Source: an uncultured Dehalococcoidales bacterium
GTDB lineage: Bacteria; Chloroflexota; Dehalococcoidia; Dehalococcoidales; Fen-1064
Length of the DNA stretch: 63,564 nt
NCBI GenBank assembly: GCA_964611805.1
Contig: CAZTBG010000001.1
Coordinates: 1-63,564, forward strand
Direction: 5' to 3'
Positions 36,573 through 45,180 of this stretch are shown here, one piece after another. The notes under the pieces were generated by a model. The model was not told where the DNA came from, did no database searches, and saw only the letters and a list, made by a program, of their open reading frames with translations. The position numbers were made by a program, and so were the translations under genes. Every line of letters starts with the position of its first letter. Position 1 is the stretch's first letter.

Positions 36573-37145
36573 CTAAAAATGCGGTTTGCAGAGAATCTCT
36601 CTGACCTTCAGGTCAAAGAAGTTATTGGTGTTTACCGGCTTGAGGACCACGGCTGTATCCGCTCCCCGGCCGGTACCGGCGATGGCAATAATATCCTCAC
36701 CCGTCTGCACTAGGCCGGCATCGGCCGCCATCAGCGTAATCTCACAGACTACCTTCATTCCCTGTCCGAAGATGCGCAGCGTACTGGCAATCACGTCTCC
36801 CAGGAGGTACATATTGAACTTCTTACGCATCGCAGCATCGATACCCATAAAGGCGTGTGTCGTCGTCAGGACAATACCACCCTTACTCTCGAATTTCTTC
36901 CGGTTTTCGTCGGTTAACTCCTGAAAGTTGGCCCCTCTCATGCCGGTAAAGTGGGTGACGGCAATTACCCTCATCCCCTCGAAGACCTCGACACTCTTCG
37001 TTGCCGTACCCCCGACCGTGGTGGCCACCACGACCGTCTTTATCCCCAGTTCGTCGGCACGCTCTTTGGCGATACGCAGGGTCTCATCAGTGTTGGCCTC
37101 TCCCGGACTGTCAAAATATACTGTCCTTCCTTCCATTGCTGGCAT
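36573..37145 (-). CDS. pyruvate kinase alpha/beta (C-terminal) domain-like protein
   Basis: 190 aa. The VVATTVGGTA..VIAVTH..IIAIAGTGRGADTAVV Rossmann-like pattern is recalled from stand-alone PK_C-like proteins of archaea and Dehalococcoidia. Confidence 0.6.
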   Translation of the reverse strand: MPAMEGRTVYFDSPGEANTDETLRIAKERADELGIKTVVVATTVGGTATKSVEVFEGMRVIAVTHFTGMRGANFQELTDENRKKFESKGGIVLTTTHAFMGIDAAMRKKFNMYLLGDVIASTLRIFGQGMKVVCEITLMAADAGLVQTGEDIIAIAGTGRGADTAVVLKPVNTNNFFDLKVREILCKPHF

Positions 37146-37236
37146 CTACCCCCTTCTGTACCCTGTCCGCTTCTCTGCCTGATAGATTAACGCCAAACGA
37201 AGGTAAAGTCAAAGGCAATGCCGAGCCCGGACCGAT

Positions 37237-37398
37237 GAGATTGCTTCGTCGCTGGCGCTCCTCGCAATGACACGGTTGGGGCTGGTTGTTACTCATCACA
37301 ATGACATGGCCAGGGCCGCCCGTTACCCCCCACTGTCATTGCGAGCGGCCCGCCTGCCATAGTCCTGAAGGGACGGCGGGCAGGAGCGAAGCAATCTC
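37237..37398. repeat. family-2 nested palindromic repeat
   Basis: Left arm gagattgcttcgtcgctggcgctcctcgcaatgaca. Right arm tgtcattgcgagcg[gcccgcctgccatagtcctgaagggacggcgggc]aggagcgaagcaatctc. The bracketed insert is itself a hairpin. Confidence 0.8.
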
Positions 37399-37488
37399 CC
37401 TCAGGTAATAGATTTGACACCCTATGACGCCGATGCTACACTGCATCTATCCTCACCAGTGAACACGCTCATTACTGAAATTACGTGT

Positions 37489-38334
37489 ATGACTGTGAAA
37501 AAGATTGGCATTATCTTTCACCCCCTGAATGATGCCGCCTGTAACCTGGCCAGAGAGCTGGAGGAGTTCCTCGGCACCAGGGGTGTCTCTACCTGGCTCT
37601 GTTCTGCCTGGGAAGGAGAGTCCGCCAGTGCCCAGGTGGACGGTACCGACCTGGTACTCAGCATCGGCGGTGACGGCACAATACTCCGCGCCGCTCAGGC
37701 AGTTTTACCGAGACCAGTACCTATTACGGGCATTAATCTGGGTAACCTCGGCTTTATGACCGAACTCGGTGTCGCTGAGGTCCGGGAGAAGCTTACCTCT
37801 CTGCTAGCCGGAGGAGGCTGGGTAGACGAGCGTTCGGTGCTCGAAGTTAAGCTCCCGGTTACCGGGGAGTCATCCGAGCCAAAGACATTCTACGCCCTTA
37901 ATGATGTCGTCATTGCCCACGGGGAAGTTGCCCGCGTCATCTACGTGGAGGCAAGCATTGATGGTGAGCCACTCACCACCTACAAGGCGGACGGCGTAAT
38001 TGTGTCAACCGCTACCGGCAGCACCGGATACTCGCTGGCAGCCGGTGGCCCGATATTGCACCCGCAGGCAAGAGAAATGCTGCTGCTGCCAATAGTGCCT
38101 CACCTCAGCGCCAGCTACAAGCTGGTGCTACCGCCCACGTCCACCATAGAGCTACGCGTCAGTACCCTCCACTCGGCAGTACTGACGGTTGATGGACACA
38201 TCAGCACGCCGCTATCGAGTGGTACCGCCGTCACTGTAACACGCAGCGAAAACACTGTTCGTTTTCTCAGAATTCACCCCGACACCTCACTCTGGGGCTC
38301 TCTGGAGAAACGTCTCAAGGGGAAGCAGGTATAA
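37489..38334 (+). CDS. nadK: NAD(+) kinase
   Basis: GGDGTILRAA, NDVV and ADGVIVSTATGSTGYSLAAGGPILHP. The start is chosen at MTVKKIGIIFHP. The track start at 37414 is less likely. Confidence 0.9.
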   Translation: MTVKKIGIIFHPLNDAACNLARELEEFLGTRGVSTWLCSAWEGESASAQVDGTDLVLSIGGDGTILRAAQAVLPRPVPITGINLGNLGFMTELGVAEVREKLTSLLAGGGWVDERSVLEVKLPVTGESSEPKTFYALNDVVIAHGEVARVIYVEASIDGEPLTTYKADGVIVSTATGSTGYSLAAGGPILHPQAREMLLLPIVPHLSASYKLVLPPTSTIELRVSTLHSAVLTVDGHISTPLSSGTAVTVTRSENTVRFLRIHPDTSLWGSLEKRLKGKQV

Positions 38335-38336
38335 AG

Positions 38337-38816
38337 ATGGAGTTATCAGTAGAAAAAGCTACTATCAGCGATGCCGAGGAAATGCACCAGCTTATCAACT
38401 ACTTTGCCGACAGGGATGAGATGCTGCCGAGGGCGCTGAGCGATATATACGAGAATATCCGTGACTACTTCGTCGTCAGGGAAGGTGGACGGGTGACCGG
38501 CTGTGCCGCCCTGCACGTCATGTGGTCCGACCTGGCCGAGGTAAAGTCGGTGGCGGTAGCTGAAGACAGCCAGCGACGGGGTATCGGTTCCGGTCTGGTG
38601 GAGGCCTGTCTCAAGGAAGCCCGAACACTCGGCCTCCCCACCGTCTTCTGCCTGACCTATAAGCCCGCCTTCTTCCAGAAGTTCGGTTTCGCGGAAATTG
38701 ACAAAATGCAGCTACCGCGCAAAGTCTGGACAGAATGCTATCACTGCTCCAAGTTCCCGGACTGCGAAGAGGTGGCCCTCATCTGTAACTTTGAGAATTC
38801 GATGGCAAAAGAGTAA
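38337..38816 (+). CDS. GNAT family N-acetyltransferase (ArgA-C-terminal-like)
   Basis: 159 aa. VAVAEDSQRRGIGSGLVEACL..FGF. Confidence 0.8.
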   Translation: MELSVEKATISDAEEMHQLINYFADRDEMLPRALSDIYENIRDYFVVREGGRVTGCAALHVMWSDLAEVKSVAVAEDSQRRGIGSGLVEACLKEARTLGLPTVFCLTYKPAFFQKFGFAEIDKMQLPRKVWTECYHCSKFPDCEEVALICNFENSMAKE

Positions 38817-38839
38817 CTCCCGGGCAGCGGAGGTCTGAT

Positions 38840-39388
38840 TTGACCGAAGAGGAAACCCTGTCTACACGTGTGGTCTTTGACGGGCGGGCGGTCAAGCTGC
38901 GAATTGACACTGTAAAAACAGCCGACGGCCGGGAGTCCACCCGGGAAATCGTTGAACACAGCGATTGCATTGCCGTAATTGCGGTTGACGAGAATGATAA
39001 CGTCCTGCTGGAAAGGCAGTACCGCAAGGCCATTGAGAAAGAGCTTCTGGAGATACCAGCCGGTGGCATCGACCCCGGCGAGGATGCGGAGACAGCCGTC
39101 CGCCGTGAGATGCAGGAGGAGACGGGATATCTGCCGGGAAGGGTGGAGAGGTTGGGAGGATTCTACTCGACACCGGGCTACTGCACCGAGTACCTTCACC
39201 TTTACCTGGCCACCGAGATCACCCCCAGTCAGCTCTACGCCGAGGACACGGCCGGCATCAGCCTCGTCCGCGTGCCGGTGAAAGATATCCCCGGCCTGCT
39301 TGCCTCCGGCAAAATCGAGGACGCCAAGAGCATCGCCGGGTTGCATATGTACCTGGAGCACTTGAAGACCGGCAAACAGGGGGCATAG
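38840..39388 (+). CDS. NUDIX hydrolase (ADP-ribose pyrophosphatase-like)
   Basis: Nudix box GGIDPGEDAETAVRREMQEETG. TTG start after GGAGG. Confidence 0.85.
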   Translation: MTEEETLSTRVVFDGRAVKLRIDTVKTADGRESTREIVEHSDCIAVIAVDENDNVLLERQYRKAIEKELLEIPAGGIDPGEDAETAVRREMQEETGYLPGRVERLGGFYSTPGYCTEYLHLYLATEITPSQLYAEDTAGISLVRVPVKDIPGLLASGKIEDAKSIAGLHMYLEHLKTGKQGA

Positions 39389-39443
39389 ACATGGTCGTTG
39401 TTTCAACGGCCATCCTCAAATAAGGATTGACTGGGGGAGAAAT

Positions 39444-40343
39444 ATGTTGACCGGAGTCCACTTTCTTCTGACCTATACGTGCGGCTTTGAATGTGACCAC
39501 TGCTTCGTATACAGCAGCCCACAGGCAAAGGGGACTTTTACCCTGGAGCAGATTGAAAGTGTCTTTGATGAGCTGGCCAAGATGGAGACGGTGAAGCGGG
39601 TGTATTTCGAAGGCGGTGAGGCGTTCCTTTTCTACCCACTAATGGTCGAGGGTATCAGAATCGCCCGCGAGCGAGGCCTAGAAGTAGGCATAGTCACTAA
39701 CTCATACTGGGCAACAACCGATAAGGATGCCGAGCTCTGGCTAAAGCCTCTGTGTGAGATGGGGATTGCCGACCTCAGCCTGAGTGATGATTCTTTTCAC
39801 TCCGAGGACGATAAGGAAAGCCCGGCCAGTCATGCTATAGCGGCGGCTAAGAGAATGGGTATACCTGTTAGCGTGATTTCCATAGAGAAGCCCAGTGTTG
39901 AGATAAGCGAAGGCGAGGAACAAGAACGGGGAGAGCCTGTCGTCGGCGGCAGCACCATGTTCAGAGGCAGGGCGGTCGATAAGCTGCTGGATGGTCTGCC
40001 GACAAGACCGTGGCAGGAGTTCACAGAGTGCCCTCACGAGGACCTGAGAAACCCCAAGAGGGTCCACATTGACCCGTACGGTAATGTCCATCTATGCCAG
40101 GGACTGAGCATGGGTAATATGTGGCAGACTCCCCTGTCCGAGCTTGTCAAAGCCTATGATTACGCTTCACATCCAATCTGCCGACCCCTGGTAGAGGGTG
40201 GCCCGGCCCTTCTGGCGACAGAATACGGGGTCGAACACGAAGATAGATACGTGGACGCCTGCCACTTTTGTTACGCTCTCCGACGGGCGCTTCTGGACAG
40301 GTTTCCGGAATACCTGGCACCAAAACAGGTCTACGGGTTATGA
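39444..40343 (+). CDS. radical SAM protein with C-terminal Cys-rich auxiliary region
   Basis: CGFECDHC (CX3CX2C) at residues 13-20. [11 protein letters not shown]-terminal Cys residues (CPHED, HLCQG, DACHFC). GGGGGAG RBS. Confidence 0.8.
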   Translation: MLTGVHFLLTYTCGFECDHCFVYSSPQAKGTFTLEQIESVFDELAKMETVKRVYFEGGEAFLFYPLMVEGIRIARERGLEVGIVTNSYWATTDKDAELWLKPLCEMGIADLSLSDDSFHSEDDKESPASHAIAAAKRMGIPVSVISIEKPSVEISEGEEQERGEPVVGGSTMFRGRAVDKLLDGLPTRPWQEFTECPHEDLRNPKRVHIDPYGNVHLCQGLSMGNMWQTPLSELVKAYDYASHPICRPLVEGGPALLATEYGVEHEDRYVDACHFCYALRRALLDRFPEYLAPKQVYGL

Positions 40344-40353
40344 TTACAGGCAG

Positions 40354-40845
40354 ATGGCGATAGCAGTTAACCGGCACGGCATTGCCCTCCTTGAATACAG
40401 ACAGATACCGGAAACCGAACTTGCATCGGACGTCTACAGGCCGCTGCTTATCACGTTTATGGTCATCAGGCACAACCTGGATTTCTTACTCGTTCACCAC
40501 CGTCAGAGACAGACCTGGGAGCTGCCCGGCGGCCACATCGAGCCGGGAGAAAGCGCCCGCGACTGTGCTATCCGGGAGCTATTCGAAGAGACAGGCCAGA
40601 GAGTCGACCGTCTTGATTTCAGGGCAGTCTTGAAGTACCGCAGCGAGTCAGAGAACCATCCGTATTACGGCATTACGGGATACTATTATGGCACACTCTA
40701 CTCGGGTGAACTGCCCTCCCCAGCCCCCTTCCGCGAAAACGAGGAGATATCACAGATAACGTTCTGGGATGGAGAGAAGAACATCGGCTACATCGACGAG
40801 ATAGACAGGACGGTAATAAAGCTAATTCAGGACGGTAGTATCTAG
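40354..40845 (+). CDS. NUDIX hydrolase
   Basis: Nudix box [23 protein letters not shown]. The start is chosen at MAIAVNRHG, 10 nt after the radical SAM stop. The track start at 40198 overlaps the upstream gene. Confidence 0.8.
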   Translation: MAIAVNRHGIALLEYRQIPETELASDVYRPLLITFMVIRHNLDFLLVHHRQRQTWELPGGHIEPGESARDCAIRELFEETGQRVDRLDFRAVLKYRSESENHPYYGITGYYYGTLYSGELPSPAPFRENEEISQITFWDGEKNIGYIDEIDRTVIKLIQDGSI

Positions 40846-41291
40846 CCCGTTGTTATATTCAGGACTTTGTCATAGGTCCGGTCGAAGACATTCCCACCAC
40901 CCACATAGCCGCTTCTGGTCTTCTTGAACCGCTTCTGGACTTCCTCAGGGGTGAACCGGTAGAAGATGAAGTCGCTGGCGACGCCCTCCGGCCTCAGCCG
41001 ACAGTTCGGCCCCAGCACGACAATCAGCTCGTCGAAATCAAACGGCTCGGCCAGGCGTACCGGAGTACCCACCGGGCAGTTGTTGAGCCTGACGGCGACA
41101 CAGGACTTGCCGATTTTGCCGTCGTAGCCGGTGGGCTTTCTTCCCTTCGGTACTTTCAGGCCGTAGACAAGCGTGCAGATGTAGCGGCCAATATCGCCGA
41201 TGTAGTCCCGCGACCTGATAATGCCAAGCTCGCTGAGGCCTTTCTGGGCAGAAAAGAACTTTTTCAGTGAATCGGCCACTTCGCGTTCCAT
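40842..41291 (-). CDS. hypothetical protein
   Basis: 149-aa ORF with no recognisable family. [22 protein letters not shown] loosely recalls small PD-(D/E)xK-like proteins, but the catalytic pattern is not intact. Confidence 0.5.
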   Translation of the reverse strand: MEREVADSLKKFFSAQKGLSELGIIRSRDYIGDIGRYICTLVYGLKVPKGRKPTGYDGKIGKSCVAVRLNNCPVGTPVRLAEPFDFDELIVVLGPNCRLRPEGVASDFIFYRFTPEEVQKRFKKTRSGYVGGGNVFDRTYDKVLNITTG

Positions 41292-41321
41292 TTCATATAC
41301 CCTACCCCTGCCACTCCTGAT

Positions 41322-41663
41322 CTAACCGAGCACACCGGCCAGCTGGCGGCCCCCGAGGAGATGCATGTGAAGGTGCTGCACCAGCTGTCCCCCCTGCCGA
41401 CCGCAGTTTATCACCACCCGGTACCCGCTCTCCGAGATACCTTCTCTCCGGGCCAGCCGGTTGGCTACGTCTACCATGTGTCCCACCAGCACCGCTTTCT
41501 CTTCCGGGAGGTCGGCCAGGGTGGCAATGTGCTCCCCGGGGATAATAAGCACGTGCACCGGTGCCTGGGGATTAAGGTCACGGAAGGCGACTATCTCTTC
41601 GTCGGTGTAAATAATATCGGCCGGTGTCTCCCCGGCAGCAATCTTGCAGAAAATGCAGTCCAT
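41322..41663 (-). CDS. histidine triad (HIT) family nucleotide hydrolase
   Basis: CIFCKI and the HLHMHLLGG triad. Confidence 0.9.
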   Translation of the reverse strand: MDCIFCKIAAGETPADIIYTDEEIVAFRDLNPQAPVHVLIIPGEHIATLADLPEEKAVLVGHMVDVANRLARREGISESGYRVVINCGRQGGQLVQHLHMHLLGGRQLAGVLG

Positions 41664-41665
41664 TC

Positions 41666-42229
41666 TTACCTCCCCCGGCGGTACTCGGCCTTGCCCTGCT
41701 CAAACAGGTCACCGCCATGGGCATCGTTAGCCACGATAGCCGGAAAGCCCTCAACGGTCAGTCGTCTGATAGCCTCGGGACCGAGGTCTTCGTAGGCAAC
41801 CACCTCCGCCTGCTTAATTGAGCGTGCTATCAGGGCGGCGGCGCCACCCACAGCGACCAGGTAGACTCCTCTGTATTGTACGAGTGCCTCCCTCACCGCC
41901 TCAGAACGGTTACCTTTACCAATCATGGCACGGAGACCGTAAGCCAGCAGGCGTGGAGTATAGGCGTCCATACGGCTGCTGGTGGTAGGGCCAACCGAGC
42001 CAATAACCTGTCCCGGCCGTGCCGGTGAAGGCCCAGCATAGTAGATAGTCTGCCCTCGCGGGTCGAAGAGTAGCTCCTCACCGCTGTCCAACGACTCGAT
42101 AATCCTTTTGTGAGCGGCGTCACGGGCAGTATAGATGACGCCGGAAATCAGCACCCGCATCCCGGCTGTCAGCTTTTCGATTACATCAGGCTCGATTGGT
42201 GACTTTATGTTAAGTGTGTCTTGCATCAT
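41666..42229 (-). CDS. class I fumarate hydratase (or L(+)-tartrate dehydratase) beta subunit
   Basis: 187 aa. ISGVIYTARDAAHKR, YYAGPSPA and GPTTSSRMD. Confidence 0.85.
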   Translation of the reverse strand: MMQDTLNIKSPIEPDVIEKLTAGMRVLISGVIYTARDAAHKRIIESLDSGEELLFDPRGQTIYYAGPSPARPGQVIGSVGPTTSSRMDAYTPRLLAYGLRAMIGKGNRSEAVREALVQYRGVYLVAVGGAAALIARSIKQAEVVAYEDLGPEAIRRLTVEGFPAIVANDAHGGDLFEQGKAEYRRGR

Positions 42230-42297
42230 TACTAACCCGCCTCATCCAGTAAGTCTATATTCAGGCAAATTCTAACAGCATCACTAATCAGGCGCAA

Positions 42298-43011
42298 TCA
42301 GCGGCCACAGAGCGAATCAATCTTCTCCCGGAACTCGTGCCAGCTCCTCACTTCCAGGTATTCACCGTCTATCTCACGCGGTTTGTTTTCTGGATTATAC
42401 CAGACAGGGTACAGGCCGTAATCGATTGCTCCCCTGATATCGTACTCCAGCTTATCCCCGACAAACCAGATATCCTGCGGCTCCAGATTCATCTTCCTGA
42501 CGGCAATCTGGAAAAGACGCTTGTGGGGTTTCCGGAACCCGTAATCAATACTTGATATCAGGAAAGCGAACCGATGGGCCAGGTCATGCTTGGCAAGTTC
42601 TTCCTTAAGGACATCCCCGGTGAAGGACGAGTTGCTGATGATGCCCGTTTTTATCTGGTGCTTGTCCAGCATGTCCAGCACGTCATAAATCCCTTCGGAG
42701 GGTGAATAAATTACAGCGGCATTCCAGAACTCCTGCTCCATTTCCTGATAGCTTATACTGAAAGAAATGCCCAGATGCTCGTACAGTAACCTGTGAAAAC
42801 TCTGGCACCCGACCTCAACCATTGATTCGTCCCGAACCAGCTGAACATCTTCGTTAATCTCATTGGCAATGAGCTGGATTTCTTCAGCGGTCAGTTCAGG
42901 AGTACTCTCAGCGAATTCAAGCAGCCGCTCACCACCAGCCACAAAACTGAGCCATTCCTGGTGCAGGATGGTACCGCCCAAATCAAAGATTATACCAGCG
43001 GGCCTTTTCAT
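42298..43011 (-). CDS. HAD superfamily hydrolase
   Basis: IIFDLGGT (DxG variant of motif I), ISNS (motif II) and VGDKLEYDIRGA (motif IV). Confidence 0.75.
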   Translation of the reverse strand: MKRPAGIIFDLGGTILHQEWLSFVAGGERLLEFAESTPELTAEEIQLIANEINEDVQLVRDESMVEVGCQSFHRLLYEHLGISFSISYQEMEQEFWNAAVIYSPSEGIYDVLDMLDKHQIKTGIISNSSFTGDVLKEELAKHDLAHRFAFLISSIDYGFRKPHKRLFQIAVRKMNLEPQDIWFVGDKLEYDIRGAIDYGLYPVWYNPENKPREIDGEYLEVRSWHEFREKIDSLCGR

Positions 43012-43038
43012 TCTCCCCCCATGTCGAATTGGAATAGC

Positions 43039-43884
43039 CTACAAAACGGCTTCCCGGTGACGGGCACTGTGGCACTGGAAATTTATCGCGAGCGGCAGAC
43101 TGGCAATGTGGGCCGGCATCACTTCGGCATGGACAGCCAGGGCAGTCGTCCGGCCGCCAAGACCCATCGGCCCGATACCCAGGTCATTAACGCGTTCCAA
43201 AATTTCTCGCTCAAGCTCAGCAATCTCCGGGTCGGGGCTCGACTGTCCTAGCGGGCGAAGTAGCGACTTCTTGGCAAGCAACATTGTCATCTCGGCAGTG
43301 CCACCGATTCCCAGTCCAATAATTAAAGGTGGACAGGGCATGCCCCCCGCCTCGTCAACGGCCGTGACCACCGTCTCGATGATGCCATCCCTGCCCTGGG
43401 CTGGTTTGAGCATAGCCAGTCGGCTCATATTCTCAGCCCCGCCACCCTTCGACATAACCGTAATCCTGAGCCGGTCACCGGGCACTATTTCGGTATGGAG
43501 CACTACCGGGGTATTGTCGCCGGTGTTTATCCGAGCAGAGAAAGGCTGCCGGACCATGGATTTTCGCAGGTAGCCCTGAGTGTAGCCCTGTCTCACTCCT
43601 TCCTCAACGGCCGCATACAGTTCGCCTCCGACAATCTGAACGCCCTGTCCGACCTCAAGAAAAACAACTGCGGCTCCACAGTCCTGACAGAGCGGAAAGA
43701 GGCCTTCTCGTGCAATCTGTGCGTTCTCAAGCAACTCCCCGAGGACGGCACGGCCCAATGGCGACTCCTCGATCTGCTCCGCCTGTTTTAAGGCAGCCAG
43801 AACATCATCGCCCAGTTCATAATTGGCCTCCTGGCAGAGTCGGGCAACCGCTTCGGTGATTTTACTGGCTTCTATTTCTCTCAT
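43039..43884 (-). CDS. class I fumarate hydratase (or tartrate dehydratase) alpha subunit
   Basis: 281 aa. PLCQDCG, GGGAENMS, GIGGTAE and LAINFQCH. Confidence 0.85.
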   Translation of the reverse strand: MREIEASKITEAVARLCQEANYELGDDVLAALKQAEQIEESPLGRAVLGELLENAQIAREGLFPLCQDCGAAVVFLEVGQGVQIVGGELYAAVEEGVRQGYTQGYLRKSMVRQPFSARINTGDNTPVVLHTEIVPGDRLRITVMSKGGGAENMSRLAMLKPAQGRDGIIETVVTAVDEAGGMPCPPLIIGLGIGGTAEMTMLLAKKSLLRPLGQSSPDPEIAELEREILERVNDLGIGPMGLGGRTTALAVHAEVMPAHIASLPLAINFQCHSARHREAVL

Positions 43885-43900
43885 CTTTAAATAAGGGAAC

Positions 43901-43984
43901 CCTCCCCCTCGGTCGCCCTCCCTTTGTCAAGGGAGGGCGAAGATTATCCTTTATAGGGGCTGCACCCCTCCAAGACTCCCGCTT
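43901..43984. repeat. family-1-type double-hairpin repeat
   Basis: cgccctcccttt-gtca-agggagggcg hairpin, then ataggggc-tgca-cccctc. The leader cctccccctcggtc is shared with 24091. Confidence 0.7.
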
Positions 43985-44032
43985 TATTATTTCGCTAAGA
44001 GCAAACTGAGATATCCTCGCGCCGTTGCTCAG

Positions 44033-44049
44033 TTGCGCAATTACGTAAT
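44033..44049. repeat. 8-bp iteron site A (AGTTGCGC AATTACGT)
   Basis: In-phase octamers of consensus AWTTRCGY, located just downstream of the hydrolase gene. Confidence 0.7.
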
Positions 44050-44056
44050 AAAGAAC

Positions 44057-44986
44057 CTATTGTTCCAGTGCCTCAATTCTCCTTTGTAGCCACGCTGAGA
44101 CTATCTCCAGGATACGCCTATCAACTGGCTGCCGTGTCTGCTTTTTATAAGTCGATATGGTAGGCTCACCCTCCTCAACCCTGAGGATATGGGTGACATT
44201 CGGTAGTTCATGAGATTCGAAATCCCCTTTTATCAGCTCTCCCATTCGTATCAGGTCAGCCGGGTCAACCTGTATATCCTTCGACCCTGTTATCGCCAGC
44301 ACAGGCACATTTATTTTGGCTAAATCTGGACCCGGGTCATACTCCAGAAATTCTCGCATCCATTTTGCGTTTATCTTTGCAATAAGCTGTACGCGATACC
44401 AGTCCTTTGAAGAACGCCTTATTTTGTCGATTTGCTTCTGTTGAGATTTCAGCACGTTGATTCGGAATAACTTGATAATCCATTTGTTGAGGCCTCTCAA
44501 TCCCTTCACCACCTGCTCAGCCTGCCATTTCAGTGTCTCCTCACCCCGCTTGGCGGCACCGGCAATCAGTATCACTCCAGCGACATCAGCACCTTCACCT
44601 GCCAGCCTGATAGAAATCATTGCCCCTTCGCTGTGTCCCAGCAGAAACACCAATCCAGATTTAACCGCTACATGAGCCTTGAGCTGACCCAAAATAGCCA
44701 ATGCATCAGTCGCATTGTCGTAGAAACCGGTCGCCCAATAGTTGCCCTCACTAGCGCCAACACCCCTCTTGTCATACCTGAGCGTAGCAATACCCTGTCT
44801 AGCTAGATATTCGGCAATCTCTCGGAAGGCATTTATGGCCAGTTTCTTGTGATTCTCGTTCCTGTCAACTTGTCCTGAACCGGGTATCAAGAGAACCGCT
44901 GGGAAAGGCCCCCCTGAATCAGGCATTGCCAGTGTGGCCGAAAGAGTGAGTGTTTCAGAGACTAACTTGACGTCTTCTTCTACCAC
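44057..44986 (-). CDS. alpha/beta hydrolase
   Basis: 309 aa. Nucleophile elbow GHSEGA. C-terminal H in NVTHIL. Confidence 0.8.
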   Translation of the reverse strand: MVEEDVKLVSETLTLSATLAMPDSGGPFPAVLLIPGSGQVDRNENHKKLAINAFREIAEYLARQGIATLRYDKRGVGASEGNYWATGFYDNATDALAILGQLKAHVAVKSGLVFLLGHSEGAMISIRLAGEGADVAGVILIAGAAKRGEETLKWQAEQVVKGLRGLNKWIIKLFRINVLKSQQKQIDKIRRSSKDWYRVQLIAKINAKWMREFLEYDPGPDLAKINVPVLAITGSKDIQVDPADLIRMGELIKGDFESHELPNVTHILRVEEGEPTISTYKKQTRQPVDRRILEIVSAWLQRRIEALEQ

Positions 44987-45071
44987 TAGAGACCTTTCTG
45001 GTTGCTAGATTTCTATTACAGCAAGGGGAGAGGAAATTACTAGGCCAGCTAACATATTTACCCTAATGCTC

Positions 45072-45090
45072 AATTGCGCAACTACGTATT
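45072..45090. repeat. 8-bp iteron site B (AATTGCGC AACTACGT ATT)
   Basis: Shares GCTCAnTTGCGCAAnTACGTA with site A, so the hydrolase gene is flanked by about 22-nt direct repeats. Confidence 0.7.
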
Positions 45091-45180
45091 TACTCATAGG
45101 TCCGAAAAGCGCAGACCCAGTCCAGTCTCATCACCCCTATCAGCTCCAGCACCGCATGAGAGCCATCCCAAGAATGAGCA

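Noticed and set aside
40198-40353. 5' extension of the second Nudix ORF overlapping the radical SAM gene by about 145 nt. Similar extensions occur at 33431, 37414, 55928 and 62371.
   Set aside because: The extended parts overlap better-supported genes or lack family similarity. Internal ATGs with better context give normal-length proteins.
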